Position numbers and translations under genes: made by a program. Below the pieces are notes generated by a model that worked only from the letters and a program-made list of their open reading frames with translations, ran no database searches and was not told the DNA's origin. This document shows, in pieces, positions 27,184-37,295 of a stretch of 64,000 nt of DNA (position 1 is its first letter; the number at the start of each line of letters is the position of its first letter). This DNA is from an uncultured Thermoleophilaceae bacterium (GTDB lineage Bacteria; Actinomycetota; Thermoleophilia; Solirubrobacterales; Thermoleophilaceae): assembly GCA_963786845.1 (NCBI GenBank), contig CAWBAP010000009.1:5131-69130 (forward strand), in the 5' to 3' direction.

Positions 27184-28017
27184 CTAGCCGCTCAGCGCGA
27201 TCGCCGCAACCCCCGCGGCCACCGCCGCCGCGCCGGCGAGCCTTCGCGCGTCCACTCCTTCGTGGAGCACGGCGGCGGCGAGGATGGCGGCGATCACGAC
27301 GCTGCTCTCTCTCACGGCGGCCACCGGCGCGGTCGGCGCCAGCCGGAACGCCGCGAGCACCATGAGGAACGCGCCGAACGTGGCCGACGCCGTCAGCGCG
27401 GTCCTCGCGCTCAGGTCCGGCCGCGTCTTCGTTACGAGCGGGTAAACGAGTGCGCACGGCGCAACCACGAGCGCGAGGTACGCGATCGGATCGGCCCGCT
27501 CGACGCCCTCGGAGTCGACGAGCGTGTACGCCGCGATGACAGCCCCGATCGCGAGCCCAAACCACACATCCCGAAGGGGTTGGGCGCTTTCCGTTGCGAA
27601 ACGGAAACGGAAAGCGCCCAACCCAACGAGGAGGACGCCCAAGGCGACGGCGAGCACGCCGGCGACGGCGCCGGCAGGCACGCCCTCACTCAAAGCAATC
27701 GCCCCGACCACGAGCACCACGACGGGGGCCGACCCGCGAGCGATGGGATACACCACCGACACCTCACCGCCGTCGTACGCCCGCGCAAGCAGAACGAAGT
27801 AACAGAGCTCGAGAACGGCGGAGCCGGCGATGTACGGGAATCGCCTCGAGGAAACGCCGCCCGGTGAGCACGCGCCGGCACGCGCGAGCAGCGCGACACC
27901 CCAGACGAGGAGGCCGGCGGTGGAGGCCCGCGTATCCCGCGACCCCGCCAGCAGCACGTTCCACCCCGCGTGAAGAAACGCGGCACCGAGAGCGAGCGCT
28001 ACGGCGGAGAGCGGCAC
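27184..28017 (-). CDS. EamA/DMT family transporter carrying an in-frame 16-codon palindromic insertion
   Basis: 277 aa with about 10 hydrophobic helices in two halves. The central hinge is encoded by repeat 27577..27624 (GLGAFRFRFATESAQP). Confidence 0.8.
   Translation of the reverse strand: MPLSAVALALGAAFLHAGWNVLLAGSRDTRASTAGLLVWGVALLARAGACSPGGVSSRRFPYIAGSAVLELCYFVLLARAYDGGEVSVVYPIARGSAPVVVLVVGAIALSEGVPAGAVAGVLAVALGVLLVGLGAFRFRFATESAQPLRDVWFGLAIGAVIAAYTLVDSEGVERADPIAYLALVVAPCALVYPLVTKTRPDLSARTALTASATFGAFLMVLAAFRLAPTAPVAAVRESSVVIAAILAAAVLHEGVDARRLAGAAAVAAGVAAIALSG
27577..27624. repeat. 48-nt palindromic repeat element, copy inside the EamA coding sequence
   Basis: Perfect 19-nt inverted arms gggttgggcgctttccgtt (27577..27595) and aacggaaagcgcccaaccc (27606..27624) flank gcgaaacgga. 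Confidence 0.85.
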
Positions 28018-28067
28018 GCGCGGAAGCTACGCGAAACTTCGGCGCCGCAAAGGTTTAACGTGGCATC

Positions 28068-29594
28068 GTGATCAGGCTCGCCGCCGTGATCGCCGTGCTC
28101 AGCTCAGTGCTCGCCGTCGCCGTGGCGGCCACCGCCGCCGAGCGCCCCGGGAGCCTCGACACGCGCATCGCCTACGTGCTCGGCGAGAAGATCCACGCGC
28201 TCGCGGTCACGCCGGAGGGCCGTATCCTCATGGCAGGCGGAGACCAGTTCTCCCCGAGCAGCATCACCGCCCGACTGCCGGACGGCAGCCTCGACAGCGC
28301 CTTCGGCGCTGGGGGCACGGCCCCCCTCGACCCCGGTGCGGCCCAGGTGGCGGCGATGCACGTCGAGCCGGACGGGCAGATCCTGGTCGGCTTCGGCGGC
28401 AACGCTCAGAAGCTCCAACGTCTGAACGGCGACGGGAGCCCCGACTCGACCTTCGGCACCGGCGGAACGCTCGACATCGGGTTCCCGGGGGAGTTCGACC
28501 TCCTCAGCGACGTCCTGCTTCAGCCCGACGGGCGCATCCTGGTCGTGGGCGCGCCGTTCAGCGAGGTCACGCCGGAGAAGGTCCTGCACCTGAAGCGCTA
28601 CCTCCCGACGGGTGCGCCGGACCCGTCCTTCGGCACCGGCGGCGGGCTCGAGCTTCCGACCGGCGACCCCTACGCGCAGGACGCGAAGCTCCTGCTCCAG
28701 CCCGACGGCCGGATCGTGCTGGTGGTGCGGACTTTCAGGGAGCGCCGCGTGAAGGTCGCGCGCCTGTCGGCGGACGGGGCACTCGACCCCGACTTCGGTA
28801 GCGGCGGGGTGGCGAACGCGCGCTTCGGCGATGCGCGCCAGGACCGTCGCACGTTCACGAACAATCGCTCCGACTGGCACCCGGTCGCGCTGCCGGACGG
28901 GCGCATCCGCATCCCGCTCGGGCTCGACGTGCCGCGCGAGCGCCCTGACCGGGTCGCGCTGCTCGGGCTCACGCCGGATGGTCAGCCGGACCTGCGCTTC
29001 GGACGGCGCGGGCTGGCCGTGGGGCCGCGCCCCGAGCTGCCCGGCGGCGAGCTGCCCGGGACGGCGATCGCCGACGGGCGAGGCGGGGTCCTCGTGACCG
29101 CGAGCCTCTCGAGCGGCGCGGAGCTCACCGGTGACGAGGCGGGCCTCGTGCGTCGCTTCCGGCGGGACGGCAGGCCGGATCGCTCCTTCGGTCGCGGCGG
29201 CGCCGCGCGCGGCGCGGTGCCTGGAGGCGGCTACTCGGTGATCGAGCAGCGGCTCGCGTTCCTCGACGCCGACACGCTCGTGGCCGCCGAGCACAGCTGG
29301 GACGGCAAGTACGGCCTCTGGGGCCCGGCCGCGGTGCGCACACTGAACGCCGGCTACGACCTCGCGAGGCCCTCGATCTCGATCGAGACGGCCTGCGACG
29401 CGATCACCGTCAGGATCACGGACGTCTCACGGATGGCCGGGGTGCTCGTGCGCGCCGACGGCGAGGTCGTCCGGCGGACGATCCGCAAGCGCTTCCGCGC
29501 CCGCGTGCCCGAGAATGCCGACCGAGTCTTGGTGCGCGCCACCGACCTGGCCGGGAACAGCTCAGCCGAGAGGGCCCGCCTCCCGCGCTGCTAG
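28068..29594 (+). CDS. secreted delta-60 repeat (beta-propeller) protein
   Basis: It has a signal peptide and at least 7 repeats of the pattern L.PDG..D.SFG.GG... (for example RLPDGSLDSAFGAGG and LNGDGSPDSTFGTGG). Confidence 0.7.
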   Translation: MIRLAAVIAVLSSVLAVAVAATAAERPGSLDTRIAYVLGEKIHALAVTPEGRILMAGGDQFSPSSITARLPDGSLDSAFGAGGTAPLDPGAAQVAAMHVEPDGQILVGFGGNAQKLQRLNGDGSPDSTFGTGGTLDIGFPGEFDLLSDVLLQPDGRILVVGAPFSEVTPEKVLHLKRYLPTGAPDPSFGTGGGLELPTGDPYAQDAKLLLQPDGRIVLVVRTFRERRVKVARLSADGALDPDFGSGGVANARFGDARQDRRTFTNNRSDWHPVALPDGRIRIPLGLDVPRERPDRVALLGLTPDGQPDLRFGRRGLAVGPRPELPGGELPGTAIADGRGGVLVTASLSSGAELTGDEAGLVRRFRRDGRPDRSFGRGGAARGAVPGGGYSVIEQRLAFLDADTLVAAEHSWDGKYGLWGPAAVRTLNAGYDLARPSISIETACDAITVRITDVSRMAGVLVRADGEVVRRTIRKRFRARVPENADRVLVRATDLAGNSSAERARLPRC

Positions 29595-31127
29595 GAGTGC
29601 AGCGGCTCCTTCATCGACTCCGTCTCCGGGAGCTTCGATGTAGGGCTGCTTGTCCTCGCTGTCCTTGCCCTCCTCGTGGTACACCGACTCGGCGTTCACC
29701 GCCCAGATGTCGTGGTCGTCGCCGTCCACGAGGTTGTCCACGGCGCGCATGGCCGTGAGCATCGAGTGGTCCGAGTTGTTGTACCTGTGCAGCCCGTTGC
29801 GGCCGACCTGGATGTAGTTGTCGAGGCCGTCGAGCCATGAGCGGATCGTCGAGACGCGCTTGTCGTACTCGGCGTCGTACATCGGGTAGGCCTTCGGGAC
29901 GCGCTCGACGAAGCCGAACTCGAGCTGGCTGACCTTGGCGAGCCCGAGCTTCTCGAGCTCGCTCATCCCGAGCTGGACAAGCTCCTCGTCGTCGGTCTCC
30001 CACAGCTCGTCGCCGGCGAAGCAGAAGAACTCGAGCCCGACGCACGCCTTCGACGGGTCCGGCACCATCCACGGGCTCCAGGAGCGGAAGTTCTGGATCC
30101 GCCCGACGTTCACGTTCGGGTCGTGGATGTAGATCCAGTTGTCCGGGAAGAGGTCGTCCCCGTTCAGCACGACCGCGACCGTGAGGAAGTCGCGGTAGCG
30201 CATCCCCTTCGCGGCCGCGATCACCTCCTGGCGCGGGTGCGGGCTCGCCATGCCCACCGCGTTGCGCAGCGGCAGCGACGAGATCACGGCCGACGGCTCG
30301 AACACCTTGTCGCCCACGTGCACGCGCACGCAGCGATCGTCCTCGAAGTCGAGCTGCGTGACCTTGTGGTTCAGGAGCACCTGGCCGCCGAGCTCCTCGA
30401 TGTCGTCGGTCATCGTCTCCCACATCTGGCCGGGGCCGTAGCGGGGGTAGTTGAACTTCGAGATCAGGCTCGTGACCTTGTTGTCCTTGTTGCCGAAGAA
30501 GGCGGACCAGGCGGCGCGGAAGAACGAGAGGTTCTTGATCCGCTGAGCGGCCCAGTCGGCGCGGATCTCGGACGTCGGGACGCCCCAGACCTTCTCGGTG
30601 TAGGACTTGAAGAACTGGTTGAAGAGCCAGCGGCCGAAGCGGTTGGCCACCCACTCCTCGTAGGTGTCCTCCTTGCCCTTCGGCTTGATCGCCGCCCACA
30701 GGTAGGAGAAGAGCGCCTTGGTCAGGTCCACGGGGCCGAGCTTCTTCATGACGTCCGGGCCGCGCAGCGGGTAGTCGAGGAACTTCGCGCGCCCCTTGCG
30801 GTCCCGCCAGTAGATGCGCGACATCCGCGGGCGCTCGAGGAACTCCTCGCGCATGATCTCGTGCCAGAGGTCGTCGACCTCCTTCACCTTCGTGAAGAAG
30901 CGGTGGCCGCCGAGGTCGAAGCGGTAGCCGTCGCGCACCGCGGTCTTCGCGATGCCGCCCACCTGGTCCTCGGCCTCCAGGACGACCACCGGGAGGCCCT
31001 TCTTCGAGAGCAGGTAACCCGCGGTCAGGCCGGCGGGTCCCGCGCCGAGGATCACCGTCGGCTTCTCGGCCATGTCTGGCCGAGCGAGGTTGGCTGGGGG
31101 CTGTGGCTTCGTGTTCTTCTCGTTCAT
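29562..31127 (-). CDS. NAD(P)/FAD-dependent oxidoreductase (amine oxidase / UDP-galactopyranose mutase-like fold)
   Basis: The ATG at 31127 forms an ATGA overlap with the upstream stop. The dinucleotide motif is VILGAGPAGLTAGYLL...LEAEDQVGG, followed by YRFDLGGHRFF. Confidence 0.8.
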   Translation of the reverse strand: MNEKNTKPQPPANLARPDMAEKPTVILGAGPAGLTAGYLLSKKGLPVVVLEAEDQVGGIAKTAVRDGYRFDLGGHRFFTKVKEVDDLWHEIMREEFLERPRMSRIYWRDRKGRAKFLDYPLRGPDVMKKLGPVDLTKALFSYLWAAIKPKGKEDTYEEWVANRFGRWLFNQFFKSYTEKVWGVPTSEIRADWAAQRIKNLSFFRAAWSAFFGNKDNKVTSLISKFNYPRYGPGQMWETMTDDIEELGGQVLLNHKVTQLDFEDDRCVRVHVGDKVFEPSAVISSLPLRNAVGMASPHPRQEVIAAAKGMRYRDFLTVAVVLNGDDLFPDNWIYIHDPNVNVGRIQNFRSWSPWMVPDPSKACVGLEFFCFAGDELWETDDEELVQLGMSELEKLGLAKVSQLEFGFVERVPKAYPMYDAEYDKRVSTIRSWLDGLDNYIQVGRNGLHRYNNSDHSMLTAMRAVDNLVDGDDHDIWAVNAESVYHEEGKDSEDKQPYIEAPGDGVDEGAAALLAAREAGPLG

Positions 31128-32701
31128 CCGGTCTTCTCGTAGATCACGCCGCGCACTCCGATGCGTGTGGCGCGGCGATAGCGGATCGGCACGACCTTGA
31201 CGAGCTCGAGCCGCGAATCGTTCGCGAGCGCCGCGCCCCACTGGGCCGCCCGGCGCCTGACGAGCTCGGTCCAGGGCGCGTCCCAGTCGTCTGCGCGTGA
31301 GGTCACGGGGTGCACGATAAGGACCCGCCCGCCGCGCGGCAGACTAGCAATCAGCGGCTCGAGATTCGCCGATGGGGTGGCGTCCTTCAGCTTGTCGTAC
31401 CCGTCGGTCCAGTCCATGATCATGTCGTTCTCGACCGCGCCCATCGGGTTGCCGAAGCGGAGCTCCGGCGCGCCGCCGAGGTTCTCGAGGTGGTAGGCGA
31501 GCAGCGGCCCCTGCTCCGGCTGCATCGACAGCACGAGGTCGCCCTGGCGCAGCTCCGGCACCGAGTCCTTGCGCAGGTCGGACGCGTTCGACTTGTTCTC
31601 GAGGCCGTAGCTCTTCGGGATCGCCCAGATCACCAGGATGATCGCGAGCGCCACCACGCCGAGGTTGCCCGCCCGCGCGAGGCCGAGCGCGCCGATCAGC
31701 AGCATCGGGCCGAGGAGCACGCCCAGGTACCGCGTGGTCCAGGCGGGCGACACCTGCGAGACGATCCACGCGACCGCGAGCGTGCCCAGCACGATCACGG
31801 CGCCCGATATGAGCGCGGTGCGCTCCTTGTCCTCCACGCGGCGCGCCAGGATCGCCGCGATCCCGGTTCCGCCGGCGAGGATGAGCGAGACCGTCGGCGT
31901 GCCACCGCCGAGTAGCGACTTCGAGATCTGCACGGGGGCACCGAAGTTCGGCGGGTTGAGCCAGGGCGCGCCCGTGTGCTGGATCTGGTGGAACAGCGTC
32001 GGAAGCCAGGGCAGGTAGAGGAGGCCGACCGCGCCGAAGCCGATCAGCGCGTCCTTCCAGAAGCTCGAGCGGACCTCCGAGACGTACCAGCACGGGATCA
32101 GTCCCAGCGCCAGGCCAGCACCGAGGAAGAGCCCCCAGTTGTGGGTGTAGAGCATCCCGGCGAGCAGGATCATGAAGAGCGGCAGGTAGCGCCGGCGGCC
32201 GAAGGCGAACACGTGCAGGAAGGCCGCCGTGGCGAGCAGGGACATGACCAGCATGAGCGCGTACATGCGGGTCTCCTGCGCGTAGGCCGTGAGGAACGGG
32301 TTGACCGCGCAGAGCGCGGCGCAGTAGAGGCCGGCGCGGCGGCCGAAGAGGCTCCAGCCCGCCCAGAGCCCGCCCGGGATCGCGACCAGCGAGATCGCGG
32401 CCGAAAGCGCCTGCGTCGCGGCCGGCCCGTCCCCGACCACGTCCATCCAGACCGACAGCAGCATGTAGTAGAGCGGCGGCGAGCCGTCCATCCGCAGGAT
32501 CCCGGGGATGTCGAACAGCGGCTGCGAGGCGATTCCGATCGACAGCCCCTCGTCCATCCAGAGCGACTCGCCGAGCGAGTTCGTGCGCAGGTACGCCGAC
32601 ACCGCGAGCAGCCCGAGCAGCAGCAGCGCGGGGAACACGAAGCTGTTCGGAAGGGAGCCGAGCCGCGGCAGGGCTCGTGGACGGGAAGCGACGCTTGCCA
32701 C
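31124..32701 (-). CDS. GT-C fold membrane glycosyltransferase (GT39/ArnT-like)
   Basis: 525 aa with about 12 TM helices, a first-loop motif LWMDEGLSIG, and a C-terminal extracytoplasmic domain. Confidence 0.7.
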   Translation of the reverse strand: MASVASRPRALPRLGSLPNSFVFPALLLLGLLAVSAYLRTNSLGESLWMDEGLSIGIASQPLFDIPGILRMDGSPPLYYMLLSVWMDVVGDGPAATQALSAAISLVAIPGGLWAGWSLFGRRAGLYCAALCAVNPFLTAYAQETRMYALMLVMSLLATAAFLHVFAFGRRRYLPLFMILLAGMLYTHNWGLFLGAGLALGLIPCWYVSEVRSSFWKDALIGFGAVGLLYLPWLPTLFHQIQHTGAPWLNPPNFGAPVQISKSLLGGGTPTVSLILAGGTGIAAILARRVEDKERTALISGAVIVLGTLAVAWIVSQVSPAWTTRYLGVLLGPMLLIGALGLARAGNLGVVALAIILVIWAIPKSYGLENKSNASDLRKDSVPELRQGDLVLSMQPEQGPLLAYHLENLGGAPELRFGNPMGAVENDMIMDWTDGYDKLKDATPSANLEPLIASLPRGGRVLIVHPVTSRADDWDAPWTELVRRRAAQWGAALANDSRLELVKVVPIRYRRATRIGVRGVIYEKTG

Positions 32702-32718
32702 CGGGCGATCCTAGTTAG

Positions 32719-34221
32719 TCATTTCCCGATGACCTCCACCTTGCGCTGGCCGGGCCCGGATTCCTCGGGGGGCGGCGTGGTCGGCGCGCCCGGCCCAGAG
32801 GCCGGGCAGCCGTCGCGCCGGTTGCCCTCCGGGAGCGCGGTCAGCAGGCGCCACTTGCCCTGCTGGTCGACGAGCCGGAAGCGGTTGTCGGTCGGCTTCG
32901 TGACGAGCGGGCCGTCCGGCACCGTTCGCGTGCGGAACGCCACCCCGGGGGCCGGCGTGACCTTCCAGCCCACGTTGATCCCGTGGATTCCGAGCTCGTA
33001 GGCCACCATCTGAGTCTGGAACGGCCCGCTGAACACGCCGCCGCAGGCGAGCAGGCGGTCCTGGCCGCCGTTCGCGTCGATCAGCGCCTTGAGGTCGTGC
33101 CACAGGAACGCCTCGTGCTCGATGCCTCCCTGCACGCGGCCGGTGTTGTCGGCCTTGGCGATGATCGTCGGCGAGGCGATGGCGATCCCGGCCAGAAACG
33201 CGACCGCCGCGGCCCGCGCGCCCGCGCGGCGGCTGCCGAGCCAGCGCTCCCCGAGCAGCGCGACGCCCTGGAGGACGCGCACCGCGCCCACGCCGCCGAG
33301 CACCGAGACCGCCGCCGTCGTGACCATGAGGTAGCGCTGGTTGCCCGCAAAGCCGGCCTCGGTCATCACGGCCACGAGGGCGAACCAGGAGAAGCCGAGC
33401 GCGGCGAGCGCGAGCACCGCGCCCTGCGCCCGTCTTCGGAACCACGCCACCACCGCGACGCCCACGGCCACGAGCGTGCCCGCCTCGACGGGCGCGACGG
33501 TGCTCTCCGCGAAGCGCTTGAACAGCTCGAATGCCGGGTGTGCCGCGAACGCCGCGCTCCCCGGGTTCGGCGCGTTGGCGCGCGAGCCCGCGCGCAATGG
33601 GTCGCCCGCCCCCCACCACTCCGGCAGGATCCAGCACGCGGGCACGAACACCGCGAACGCCACCAGGCGCGTCCGCAGCGCGGGCTCGAAGACCCACAGC
33701 CAGAGCCCGTAGAGCGCGAGGAACGGCCACGCCTCCGGGCGCAGCAGCGCGGCGGCCACGCCGAGGTAGAGCGCGTGGTCGCGGCGCCCGTCAAGGTGGC
33801 GCTCGAAGGCCCAGAGGACCACGGCCGCGAGGATCGGCTCCGAGTTGCCGAGCGCGGCGTCGCGCACGTACTTGTTCGACGAGAGCAGCGCGGCGAACGC
33901 GGACAGCCCCGCGAGCCCCCCGTAGACGTTCCGTCCGGCGAGCCGGTACGCCATCCGGTACGCCATCACGCACCCGAACAGCCCGCCGGCGCGCGCGACC
34001 CAGAGCCACAGGTAGGGAGCGAGGTCCTGGCCGAGGAACGAGAACGGGACCGTGAAGAAGATCGGGAACGGCTTCCACGAGGGGCCGCCCTCGGTCACGA
34101 GGTCGAGGTGCGCGATCTCGTGTCCCCACAGGATCCAGGCCCAGGGGTCGTAGGTGGGCGTGGACGGATACAGCAGCGAGAGCGCGGACACGACGAGACA
34201 GCCCACGATGATCAGGACCAT
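32719..34221 (-). CDS. large polytopic membrane protein, putative GT-C-type glycosyltransferase
   Basis: I chose the ATG at 34221 (MVLIIVGCLVV). It has many TM helices plus a C-terminal soluble domain of about 150 aa. The family assignment is tentative. Confidence 0.5.
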   Translation of the reverse strand: MVLIIVGCLVVSALSLLYPSTPTYDPWAWILWGHEIAHLDLVTEGGPSWKPFPIFFTVPFSFLGQDLAPYLWLWVARAGGLFGCVMAYRMAYRLAGRNVYGGLAGLSAFAALLSSNKYVRDAALGNSEPILAAVVLWAFERHLDGRRDHALYLGVAAALLRPEAWPFLALYGLWLWVFEPALRTRLVAFAVFVPACWILPEWWGAGDPLRAGSRANAPNPGSAAFAAHPAFELFKRFAESTVAPVEAGTLVAVGVAVVAWFRRRAQGAVLALAALGFSWFALVAVMTEAGFAGNQRYLMVTTAAVSVLGGVGAVRVLQGVALLGERWLGSRRAGARAAAVAFLAGIAIASPTIIAKADNTGRVQGGIEHEAFLWHDLKALIDANGGQDRLLACGGVFSGPFQTQMVAYELGIHGINVGWKVTPAPGVAFRTRTVPDGPLVTKPTDNRFRLVDQQGKWRLLTALPEGNRRDGCPASGPGAPTTPPPEESGPGQRKVEVIGK

Positions 34222-34259
34222 CTGGGTGCCGTGGCGCTCGAGCGCTGCCGACGGCGGTC

Positions 34260-35222
34260 TTACGCGCGCGAAGCTTCGAGCCGGGTGGCGGACCGTAGCC
34301 GTGACCAGCCTCCGTAACGAGTGACCAGCACCACCAGGCCCACGACCGTGATCGGCACGTAGAGCACGAAGCGGATCAGGATCACGTAGGAGACCGCGAT
34401 CGAGCCGGTCGCGCCGAGCCTGTGGGCGCCCCACGCGACGGCCGCGTCGAAGGTCCCGAGCGAACCCGGCGCCGCCGGCAGCGCCGCGACGAAGTTCGTC
34501 AGAGCGACGAGGTAGAGCGCGCCGCTCATGCTGATGTCCATCTCGACCGCCCTGGCCACCGTCCAGTAGACCGACGCCTCGATCGTCCAGAGCACGAACG
34601 TCGCCGCAAGGAGCGCCAGCCCCCAGCGCGACACCAGCGCGCGCGGCGAGTCGGCGAGCGGGCGCAGCCAGTCGCGGACGCGCTCGAAGAAGGGATGGCG
34701 GCGCAGGACCCAGATCGCCACGGCGCCCGCCAGCAGCAGCATGATCCCGATCCCCGTGACGAGCAGGGGCCTGTCGGTCGGCAGCACCTCCGAGGTGCTG
34801 AGCACGCCGTAGACCGTGACGATGAAGATCGTCAGCAGGGCGATCACGTCGAGCACGCGCTCACCCACGATCGAGCTGATCACCGTCCGCTTGCTCGCGT
34901 CGCAGCGGGGCGCCAGCAGGACGACGCGGAGCGCCTCACCAGCCCGCGCGGGGAGCACGTTGTTGCCCATGTAGCCGACCGTCGTGAGCGCGTAGCAGTC
35001 CACGCGCTTCGCGCGCACGCCCGTGTGCTCGAGGATCTGGTGCCAGCGCTCAGCGCGCACGAGCGTGGCGACCACGTACAGACCGACGCCCGCGGCGATC
35101 CAGGCGAGCGCGTCCCCGCCCGTGGGGATGTGCGGAGACTCCTGCTTGGTCGCCCACCAGACGACGGCCGCGAGAGCGACGATCGATACCAGTGCTTGGA
35201 TGAGCGCGAGACGACGGTTCAT
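34260..35222 (-). CDS. lysylphosphatidylglycerol synthase TM-region (flippase-like, UPF0104) family protein
   Basis: 320 aa with about 8 TM helices and the motifs VRAERWHQIL and GNNVLPARAGEALRV, typical of the family. Confidence 0.7.
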   Translation of the reverse strand: MNRRLALIQALVSIVALAAVVWWATKQESPHIPTGGDALAWIAAGVGLYVVATLVRAERWHQILEHTGVRAKRVDCYALTTVGYMGNNVLPARAGEALRVVLLAPRCDASKRTVISSIVGERVLDVIALLTIFIVTVYGVLSTSEVLPTDRPLLVTGIGIMLLLAGAVAIWVLRRHPFFERVRDWLRPLADSPRALVSRWGLALLAATFVLWTIEASVYWTVARAVEMDISMSGALYLVALTNFVAALPAAPGSLGTFDAAVAWGAHRLGATGSIAVSYVILIRFVLYVPITVVGLVVLVTRYGGWSRLRSATRLEASRA

Positions 35223-35490
35223 GGCGAAGGACGGCGGTGGCGGACCGTGTCGGACCGTAGCAATGCAATTACCCGCCGGGCGGCGTCTTGATACGCCGCT
35301 ACCCTCCCCCGCTTGGCCAAGCGAGCGCTAGTGATCCTATTGGCTGTCTGGGCCTTCTGCCCAGCTCGCGGCCCACGCGCAGGGAGGCGGTGAGGCGCCC
35401 CCGGGCGGCACCCCGACGCCACCGCCGCCGCCGGCTCCGGAGCTGCGCGTCGAAGAGCCCGGCGGCAAGCCGCTGATACGCGAGGGCCAG

Positions 35491-37283
35491 GTGAACCGCG
35501 AGCTGCTCGGCGGCACCTGGTACTTCCGCCAGGACGACACCTTCGTGGGCGAGGACGAGCGCTGGTTCGAGCAGGACGACCTGACCGGCTGGACCGAGGT
35601 CGCCGTCCCCCACAACTGGAACGCCACGGACACCACCGAGAACCGGCCAAGCGTGGGCTGGTACCGCAAGGAGTTCACGCTGCCGCGCTCGCCGAAGCGG
35701 GCCAAGCACTTCTGGAAGGTCCGCTTCGAGGGCAACAACTACAGGACCGAGGTGTGGCTGAACGGCAAGCAGCTCACGTTCTTCACCGGCTACTTCCCGT
35801 TCGAGGTGCTGCTCGACGAACCTGAAGAGGGGCGCAACACGCTGGTCGTGAAGGTCTCGTCGCTTCGGAGCAACTCCGACCTCACCCACTGGCGGCCGGC
35901 CGCCTACAACGGCTTCGGCACCGGTGGCTGGTGGAACTTCGGCGGGATCCTCCGCGAGGTCTACGTCAGGCGCGTGGACACGGTCGACGTCGAGGACGTC
36001 CAGGTGCTCCCGCGGCTGCGGCGCGTGGGCGGGCCCGCGAAGGTCGAGGTGCGCACTGTGCTGCGCAACTTCACGAAGCGCGACGCGGACGTTGCCCTCG
36101 ACATGCGCGTGGACGGGCGCCGCATCCGGCTCGACCCCGAGACCGTGCCGGCGCTCGGCCGGCGCGAGCTCAGCACCGAGTTCACCATCAAGCGCCCGCG
36201 GCTATGGGCGCCGCGGACCCCGGAGCTCTACGACATCAGCGTCGGCGCGCTCACGGGCCGCACGCTGCGCAGCACCTACCGGGCCAGCTTCGGCGTGCGC
36301 AAGATCGACCCGCGCCCGGGCGGGGTGATCCTGCTGAACGGCAAGCGCCTCAACCTGCGCGGCGCGAGCGTCCACGAGGACGACCGCAACGAGGGCGGGC
36401 GCGCTCTCACAGCGCACGCGGACGCTGCTGATCAACCGGCTCGAGAACCTCGGCGCGACGATCACGCGCTCGCACTACCCGCTGCACCCGGCCTTCATCG
36501 AGGCGCTCGACCGCGCCGGGATCATGTACTGGGTCGACGCGCCCGTGTACCAGGTGCCGACCTCCATGTGGGTCCGCGCGCGGAGTGCGGTCGCTCGCCA
36601 CGCGCGCGGCCACGCTCACGGTCAAGCAGAATCTCAACCACCCGTCGATCCTCACGTGGTCGCTCGCCAACGAGCCATCCGAGGCCGGCGCGAACCTCGG
36701 CGCCTACGGCCCCGCGCTCGTCCGCTACATCCGCGAGGCCTCGCACGCCGTGCGTGAGATCGACGACACGCGGCTCGTCGGGCTCGACCGCCAGTCGCGC
36801 GTCGGGGAGCCGCTCACCACCGAGGCGCACCAGTACCTGGACGTGCTCGGCGTGAACGAGTACTTCGGCTGGTACCGCTCCGTGATCGAGGACCAGCCCG
36901 ACCTGCCCGCCACGACCACCGCCGACCTGAGCGCCTTCCTCGACCAGCTCCACGCGGCGAACCCGGACCTGCCGCTCGTGATCACCGAGTTCGGCGCGGA
37001 GGCCACGCGCTCGGGCCCGGTCGAGCAGAAGGGCACGTTCGAGTTCCAGCGCAAGTTCGCGACGGACCATGTCGCAATCCACGGGTCGAAGCGCTTCGTG
37101 AACGGCTCGATCTACTGGGCGCTGCGCGACTTCCGCGTGCACCAGACCTGGCAGGGCGGTGCGCCCGACGAGTACGCCATCCCGCCGTGGCACAACAAGA
37201 GCCTGATCGAGGAGACGAACGCCCGAAAGCCGGCCTTCCTCGACCTCGCGCGGCTGTTCCGGCGCACCAAGCCGCTCCGCTAG
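35491..37283 (+). pseudogene. glycoside hydrolase family 2 protein, at least 2 frame changes as assembled
   Basis: The sugar-binding N-domain is WTEVAVPHNWN...GWYRKEFTLP...FEGNNYRTEVWLNG. The TIM barrel lies in two further frames (ITRSHYPLHPAFIEALDRAGIMYWVDAP; NHPSILTWSLANEP...VITEFGAEA). Breaks lie near 36400 and 36575. The frame is open upstream to 35335, and a possible signal peptide lies in another frame from GTG 35331, so the true start is uncertain. Confidence 0.7.
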
Positions 37284-37295
37284 CCTGCTCCGCCC

